64,000 nucleotides of DNA from Candidatus Kaiserbacteria bacterium RIFCSPHIGHO2_01_FULL_54_36 (GTDB taxonomy: Bacteria; Patescibacteriota; Minisyncoccia; Phycocordibacterales; UBA2100): NCBI GenBank assembly GCA_001781105.1, contig MFKV01000006.1, forward strand, positions 9,032-73,031. Reading direction: 5' to 3'. Positions 58,253 through 64,000 of this stretch are shown here, in pieces. A model generated the notes under the pieces. The model made no database searches. It was not told where the DNA came from and saw only the letters and a list, made by a program, of their open reading frames with translations. A program made the translations under genes and the position numbers. How positions within the stretch are numbered: position 1 is the first letter of the stretch; every line of letters begins with the position of its first letter.

Positions 58253-59074
58253 ATGGAATTCAAGTATTTCTCACGTAATGGAAAGATACTACCGATAAAA
58301 GAGGCGGTAGTGCCGCTTGCCAATATTGAATACCAGTACGGCTTTGGCGTCTATGAGAGCATCAGGGTCGCGGGTGGAACTCCCTACTTTATGGCGGACC
58401 ATGTCGAGCGTCTGATGGGCTCAGCAACAGAAATTGGCCTTGCCCATGCATTCAAGGCAGCTCAAGTGGAGCAGGCGATCCTCGAGCTATTGGAGAGAAA
58501 TGCAGTAGAGAGCTGCAACGTGAAAATATTGTTGATCGGTGGAAAGGGCGCGGAAGATGCGTCCCTCGAAATACTGTGCCTCAATCCCCTCTATCCCGAT
58601 CCCAAACTCTATCGTGATGGCGTGCACTGCATCACGTACCCGTATGAGCGCCCTTTTCCGCATGCGAAGACCTTAAGCATGTTGGGGAGCTATCTCGCCT
58701 ATACGGCGGCAAAGATCGCCGACGCGTATGATGCCCTGCTTCTCAATCGTGACGGATACATTACGGAGGGGACGCGCACCAATTTTTTCTGCCTCAAAGG
58801 CAAGACGCTCTATTCTCCTCCGGAGGAGCAGATACTCCTTGGTGTGACTCGAAGACATGTCCTTGCTGTCGCGCGAGAAAAAGGATTCACTGTTGAGATT
58901 ACAAATATCAAATGTAGCGATATATCGCACTACGAGGGCGCATTCCTCACGAGTTCTTCTTCAAAGATTGTGCCCGTGCGCTCAGTAGACGCGTTTAGCT
59001 TCAAAGACCAGCCCGCGGCACTCAAGGAGCTCATGCGGACTTTTGATGAGTTCCTAGCTGAACACAAGGGATAG
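58253..59074 (+). CDS. PLP-dependent aminotransferase class IV (IlvE/Dat/PabC family)
   Basis: YGFGVYES, H.ERL..SA, AKT, EGT.TNFF, ILLGVTR, AFLTSS. Confidence 0.9.
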   Translation: MEFKYFSRNGKILPIKEAVVPLANIEYQYGFGVYESIRVAGGTPYFMADHVERLMGSATEIGLAHAFKAAQVEQAILELLERNAVESCNVKILLIGGKGAEDASLEILCLNPLYPDPKLYRDGVHCITYPYERPFPHAKTLSMLGSYLAYTAAKIADAYDALLLNRDGYITEGTRTNFFCLKGKTLYSPPEEQILLGVTRRHVLAVAREKGFTVEITNIKCSDISHYEGAFLTSSSSKIVPVRSVDAFSFKDQPAALKELMRTFDEFLAEHKG

Positions 59075-59114
59075 ATTGAAAAGGCTGCTATCTAAAGGTA
59101 TATTGGACGGCGTT

Positions 59115-59186
59115 GCGCGGTTAGCTCAGTGGTAGAGCATCGTCTTGACGTGACGAGGGCCAAAGGTTCGATCCCTTTACCGCGCA
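59115..59186 (+). tRNA. tRNA-Val(GAC), CCA not encoded
   Basis: gcgcggt...accgcgc acceptor; tcgtc-tt-GAC-gt-gacga; GGTTCGATCC. Confidence 0.94.
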
Positions 59187-59187
59187 C

Positions 59188-59820
59188 ATGAAGGTCTTGA
59201 GCTTGACGCAGGCGACACATTCCGAGGCTGTAGAAGCTGCTGTCGAGGTACTCAGAAAGGATGGTGTTGTTCTTATGCCGACAGACACACTTTATGCATT
59301 GGCTGTTTCAGCGTTCTCGGACAGAGCGGTAGAACGTATTTATGATATTAAGTCTAGAGATCCAAAAAAACCCTTGCATGCGCTCGTAGACAGCGTCGAG
59401 ATGGCAGGTTGGTACGGCTATATCAGTGAGCCCGCGCGAAATCTTTTGGAGTTGCTACCAAAAGGAAAAATAACATGTGTCGTACCTAGACACGTGGAAT
59501 GTGATGCAGGTATTTGCGCCGAAATTAACACATTCGGATTTCGTATCCCTGACGACAATTTGTGTGGGGAGATTATTTCTCGTTTCGGTTTTCCTATTAC
59601 TGCGACGAGTGCGAATAGGAGTGGTGAGCGGCCGGCGAGATTTGTTGAAAAGATCCTTACCCAACTTGGAGATGCCGAGGAGCACATTGACCTTGTACTA
59701 GACGCAGGAGAATTACCGGAGCGTGAGCCATCCACGGTAGTGGATTTCTCAGTAGACCCGCCGATTATTTTACGGGAGGGGGCTATCTCGGCGCAACAAA
59801 TTAAAAATATTTTGATGTAA
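59188..59820 (+). CDS. tsaC: L-threonylcarbamoyladenylate synthase (Sua5/TsaC)
   Basis: PTDTLYAL, IY.IK.R...KPL, G.RIP, PITATSAN.SG, PSTVVD, LREGAI. Confidence 0.95.
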   Translation: MKVLSLTQATHSEAVEAAVEVLRKDGVVLMPTDTLYALAVSAFSDRAVERIYDIKSRDPKKPLHALVDSVEMAGWYGYISEPARNLLELLPKGKITCVVPRHVECDAGICAEINTFGFRIPDDNLCGEIISRFGFPITATSANRSGERPARFVEKILTQLGDAEEHIDLVLDAGELPEREPSTVVDFSVDPPIILREGAISAQQIKNILM

Positions 59821-60139
59821 TTCTAACCTTTGCGCGAACCTTTTTCGAGCAACAGTAGTCGCGCGCTCCGCGCGCGTGGTGGCTTTGTACGCAGTGGTAC
59901 GATTCGAGCCTGTGATGACTCTCCGGCGCGCGAGTACGCGTCGCCGGACGCCGCCTCCCACCAGTGGATGGCCGGAACACCCGTTCTTTGCTCATTCATT
60001 TCCCCCGCCGATTTTAGAAGACTTGAGGAAAAGAAGGTTTAATGAGTTTTGGTTCAGGCTTCATTGGAATTCTTTCCTCCTCTCATGGCTTGGTTGAATC
60101 TCTCTGCTCCTGACAAAGAACAAGAAAGAACAGACTGAA

Positions 60140-60303
60140 GAGGCCTTCACTTTTGGTGAAGGCCTCGGTTGTATCTGGATTTTTTCTTTATCTAGACACA
60201 AGCAAAACCTCCACCCGAAGTGGTAAGGAGGAGTCCAAGGAGGCCCGAATTACTTCGCTTGCTCGACATGTAAGTATCCTACCCATCCTGGTGTAGCTGT
60301 CAA
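60140..60303 (-). promoter_or_regulatory. Promoter, Leu-rich leader peptide (60269-60192) and attenuator hairpin
   Basis: TTGACA-16-TAGGAT; MSSKRSNSGLLGLLLTTSGGGFACV; terminator 60140-60166; antiterminator 60204-60215. Confidence 0.65.
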
Positions 60304-60314
60304 ATTACTTTTTG

Positions 60315-60470
60315 TTGACAAATTTTCATGCACGATTATTCTGACATCCATGAGCAACACGAGCTCAATGGGCATCATTATTGGTTCCTCTAGTACCCGA
60401 GGGGCTGTTGCCTAATATTTCAACTACATACAAACAACCAGCCCCTCCAAAAGAGGGGCTGGTTTCGTTC
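60315..60470 (+). promoter_or_regulatory. Promoter, Ile-containing leader peptide (60350-60415) and attenuator hairpin
   Basis: TTGACA-16-TATTCT; MSNTSSMGIIIGSSSTRGAVA; terminator 60436-60464; antiterminator 60399-60410. Confidence 0.65.
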
Positions 60471-60870
60471 TGGGGTTTGCGTCGGAAAAGAACGGGTGTC
60501 CGGCCTCTGTTTTTGGTGGGGGCGGCGCAAACCCGAACGGCTCACATACCCGTTATGTGAGCCGTTCGAGGACTCAAAATGCAAATGCCAGCGGTGCCTT
60601 CGTTTATTCCTATTTGTATCGTCCAACGCCCATGGAGTCCATCCTCGGCATCCGCCTGTATCCTGCATTCAGAGAGGCGATAATGGAAACGGAGACGATC
60701 CCATCCGCCGAAGCTTCGAGCTTCTCCCGAGGAATATCGCTCCACTTTGACACCGAACGCCAATTGCTGGTTGCGCTTCGAGCGCCGAACACAAACAGGC
60801 CTGCGCGTCGGTTTCTTTCTTCTCTTTTCTCTTCTTTCTTTGACAGTTGAATAACTAACCACACAACACC

Positions 60871-61821
60871 ATGAATCAATCTGTTGGCATTGACGTTGGG
60901 AAGAGGGAGCTGGTTGCAAGCATCAGGGATACTGATGGCAAAACGGCAATCGCAGCCCCCTTTCCCAACACCAGTATCGGACTCCGAAAGCTCGCCGTCC
61001 ACCTTGCAAAGAGCAACGTCGGTGCAGACGATCCCGTTCTTCTTGAAAGCACGGGACCGTACCACTGGCTTCCCGCGCGTACGCTCACGGATCGCGGCTT
61101 CTTCGTGAAAGTCGCGAACCCATTGCATACCAAGCAGATCGCGCGGCACTCCATCAGGAAACGAAAGACGGACAAGGTGGACGCCTCGCACCTCGCGTTC
61201 CTCGCATCGCAGGGGTACGGGTATCGTTTCGTCGAGACCGCGGAGCTGGCGAAGAAGAAAGCGCTCGTCAGGCACTACTGGAAGCTCCGCTCCACCGCCA
61301 CGAGCTATCTTCTGCACGAGCGGTATCTCAAGGAGTATCGAGGCGTTTCCAAGCACGGCATCTTCCCGCTTCTCGAAAAACGATGCGAGGCCATGCAAGA
61401 AGCCATTGTTGAGGAGTGGAACGAGGGAAACGATCTGAAGTATCTTGACAGCATTCCCGGAGTCTCGCCCTTCATCGCCGCTACCATCCTCGCCGAACTT
61501 GCGCCCCTGAACCGCTTCGAGAGGATGGAGCAAATCGTCGCCTTCGCCGGCCTCGACCCGTCGGTGAAGCAAAGTGGCGGCGTACGCGGCACGCATGGTC
61601 CGATCTCAAAGCGAGGCTCTCCGTTCCTGCGCCACGCCCTGTATCTTGCGGTCTTCGGCTCCTTCTCGCACAGGCCCATGAACGCGGTATACAAGCGGTA
61701 CAAGGAGAGAGGTCTCCACCACAACGCCATCATGTGCGTGCTCTCAAGAAAGGTACTTCGTATTGCAATCGCCCTCTTGAGAAAACGGAGAACATTCGAT
61801 CCGAAATTCCTGAATGCTTGA
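60871..61821 (+). mobile_element. IS110-family transposase (DEDD RuvC-like plus Transposase_20)
   Basis: VGIDVGK, ESTG.Y, NP, KTDKVDA, SIPGV, AFAGLDP...QSG, ISKRG...LR.ALY. Confidence 0.95.
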
Positions 61822-61837
61822 CAGGGACATAACTGGT

Positions 61838-62203
61838 CCTCGGACATTTCCGCTAGGGCTACTCGCGCCTAGATGTCTAGGTTTGGCGCTTCTCCTCGCC
61901 ATTGCCCGCCTGCGGGCGGGTGGCTCGGGCGCCATGCTGTTTGGGGGAAGGAAGGAATCCTCCCCCCAGCTTCGGTCTCCTCCTCGCAGTGGTTTGCTAG
62001 AGTATTCAGTGCTTTATTTCGGTTAGTGGTTTGCGTGTGTCTTTGCCTTCGTTTTATGTGCCTTCGGAGTCCGCCCTCGCACAACCCCCTTCCTCGTTTT
62101 CAAAATAGCTTTCGTGGTGTCGCTTTCGCTTTGGATTTCTGTATTGCAAGATAACGGCGGCGCTCATCCAAGGGCATGGACGCCCTAGCGGAAATGTCCG
62201 AGG
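61838..62203. repeat. Perfect 22-bp inverted repeats downstream of the IS110 ORF
   Basis: cctcggacatttccgctagggc (61838-61859) and gccctagcggaaatgtccgagg (62182-62203). Confidence 0.9.
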
Positions 62204-62288
62204 CGCAAATACCTCTGTGCTTGCCCCTCCCACCCTGTGCGCGCACATCCCGCCCGCGAAGATTAGAAGGGATCGCGGGCGGGGCTCC

Positions 62289-63515
62289 CTAGAGTTTGGA
62301 ACGCAAATTCCTCAGATTCTCAAGAAGTTCATCGTACAAAATAAAGCTGATGTTTTTTAGCGACACACCGAGCTTTCGAAAATCACCAGATTCTTTCTTG
62401 TTCTTGAATTGACTACTTGTACCGGCAATAATATATCCGCGTGGACGGACAACACGAATATCAACGCCTTTCTTTTTCTTTACCGCGCGTACATAATCAT
62501 CAGCATTTCTGACGATTTCGTCTATATAATTTTCAATTTGAGATATTGCCTTTACTATGTCCGGTTTCCAATAGTAATTATCGTGGCTTTCATCCAGTGC
62601 CATGAGTGGAGTTTCGTGTCGCTTAATCTCAAAAACATCAACAAATCCATATACATCAGCCAACACAAAATCAGGGTAACTGACACTAATGCTCACATTC
62701 TGCTTTTCAATGGTCGTAACATAGTTCGCGAGGAAGCGAAAAACCTTTTCACTTAAAAACTTTTGCCAGTCATTTTCGGAAATTATTTTCTTGGCGAGAT
62801 TTCCCTCAAACTCTTTTATTACCTCATCGAGAAAAATCTTGTCTGTAACTTTTTTTGTCTCTCGAATAAGTGCGCTTCTTTCGACTTTAACTCCTTTTCT
62901 CTTTCCTTTGAGAGATGTTTCAAATATCTTTGGGAAAAAGTTTTTCAATGCCTCCAAATCTTCCTCATTCAGTTTTTGTGCAACCTTTTTTCTACGAAAA
63001 AGAGCGGCAACTTCACCACCTCTATAATCATCAAAATCTTCAGTGGAAATTCTGATCTGTTTAGGAAATTTTGTGCTCAAAAACGAAGCAACTTCGCTCC
63101 GTAAGTCGTTATTACTATCCTCGTTTATTCGTCCCAAGCGTACCAAAAGATTCTTTACATCAATAAGAGGAAGTGTCACGGAAGTTTTTAGCGTATTCTT
63201 TTTGACAGACTTGGTTTTCTTGGTAATCGTAAACTCCAAGAGTTTATTAGACGCAAGATTATCTTTCAGTGCAGATAGTAAAAAAGTACCCTTCTTACCA
63301 AATCCATAGCCATTCCTGTTTAGATACAAACCAGACGGAAGACCTTGGTAGCCATTTAAAATAATTTTGGAAAGAAATTTTGCCTGACCTCCTTGCAGAT
63401 AGTAAATTGTTCTATTTTGTTTGCGATAAACTTCATACACGCAAAAAGTACCTTTTTCTGAATCAAAGTGTTGTTCCGGTTTTTCTTCTACTTTTTTGGT
63501 ACTCTTTTTTGCCAT
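62289..63515 (-). CDS. Shedu-type anti-phage nuclease (SduA, DUF4263)
   Basis: E..WQ.FL, PDF.L.D..G.VDV.EIK, AISQ...Y, RPRG.IIAG, I.YDELL; very AT-rich. Confidence 0.82.
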   Translation of the reverse strand: MAKKSTKKVEEKPEQHFDSEKGTFCVYEVYRKQNRTIYYLQGGQAKFLSKIILNGYQGLPSGLYLNRNGYGFGKKGTFLLSALKDNLASNKLLEFTITKKTKSVKKNTLKTSVTLPLIDVKNLLVRLGRINEDSNNDLRSEVASFLSTKFPKQIRISTEDFDDYRGGEVAALFRRKKVAQKLNEEDLEALKNFFPKIFETSLKGKRKGVKVERSALIRETKKVTDKIFLDEVIKEFEGNLAKKIISENDWQKFLSEKVFRFLANYVTTIEKQNVSISVSYPDFVLADVYGFVDVFEIKRHETPLMALDESHDNYYWKPDIVKAISQIENYIDEIVRNADDYVRAVKKKKGVDIRVVRPRGYIIAGTSSQFKNKKESGDFRKLGVSLKNISFILYDELLENLRNLRSKL

Positions 63516-63517
63516 AA

Positions 63518-63967
63518 TTAAATCTTGCCAGAATTTACCAATGCAGGGGTAAGAAAATAAACTTGTTGTGTTGGTGATCCGCGCTCCACCTTTATCTCGG
63601 AATAGAATTTATTGCCGTCTGAATTTTCGTATTCAAATCGCACCACGGTCGAAATTGATGGTTGAATCCTTTTTTCGTCGTGAAAATTTATCATCCTTGC
63701 AGTACCCGGACTTTTAACTCTTATGTAGTCTATGGGACCATTGAAATTCCATATCTCCGTAGGCACGTCTCGAAACATTTCTGTAGTTTCTTTAATATTC
63801 TTTGCGGTGTCAGTCCCCACATTCCGAAGAAATAAACCCGCATTGTCTGGTGTTTCTATTACTAATTTTGGAGTTTTGCTTGATAAGTAAGCTTTGTACG
63901 CATAACAAGCGGCGGCAATAGCGGCGATGGCAGAAACGATTCCTATAGTTAAATTTACATAGTCCAT
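63518..63967 (-). CDS. Hypothetical protein with N-terminal TM (AT-rich island)
   Basis: 149 aa; L.LRNVG...AKNI motif. Confidence 0.7.
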   Translation of the reverse strand: MDYVNLTIGIVSAIAAIAAACYAYKAYLSSKTPKLVIETPDNAGLFLRNVGTDTAKNIKETTEMFRDVPTEIWNFNGPIDYIRVKSPGTARMINFHDEKRIQPSISTVVRFEYENSDGNKFYSEIKVERGSPTQQVYFLTPALVNSGKI

Positions 63968-64000
63968 GTTTTTATTTTCCAGATTTCCGACGATTATCGT

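Larger units (their letters stand above)
59970..60505. repeat. 19/20-bp inverted repeats enclosing the double-attenuator fragment
   Basis: ggccggaacacccgttcttt (59970-59989) and aaagaacgggtgtccggcc (60487-60505). Confidence 0.75.

Noticed and set aside
60610-61596. 328-aa ORF antisense to the IS110 transposase
   Set aside because: No motifs; expected antisense shadow in GC-rich coding DNA

Overview
A 64 kb chromosomal segment, most likely from a Patescibacteria (CPR, Parcubacteria-like) genome. This is inferred from the reduced PheS/PheT/ThrS/ValS, a short SMC, a NusB-NUDIX fusion, and no pyrH/frr, ftsY/ffh or rimM at their usual positions. The core is housekeeping: rpsB-tsf, pheST, gyrB, thrS, dnaE, rnhB, rpmF, nusB, rnc, smc, rpsP-khpA-trmD, rpoBC, dnaG-rpoD, valS, tsaD, tsaC, tRNA-Thr(TGT) and tRNA-Val(GAC). 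Accessory parts are a surface-protein island (10-21 kb) with a sortase and two IPYTG-tailed repeat proteins, a RAYT/Y1 transposase with REP palindromes, an IS110 transposase and a Shedu-type defence gene. The most unusual signals read from the DNA are: (1) a GIY-YIG nuclease bracketed by inverted repeats and sitting at a start codon, with a second, nuclease-less copy after tsf; (2) five small genes after rpoD separated by a recurring hairpin+promoter (attC-like) motif; (3) back-to-back Leu- and Ile-type leader-peptide attenuators with no biosynthetic genes, enclosed by inverted repeats upstream of IS110; (4) a three-copy ~113-nt structured repeat with covariation; (5) many short palindromes inserted inside essential genes. 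All family calls are by eye from motifs; no searches were run.
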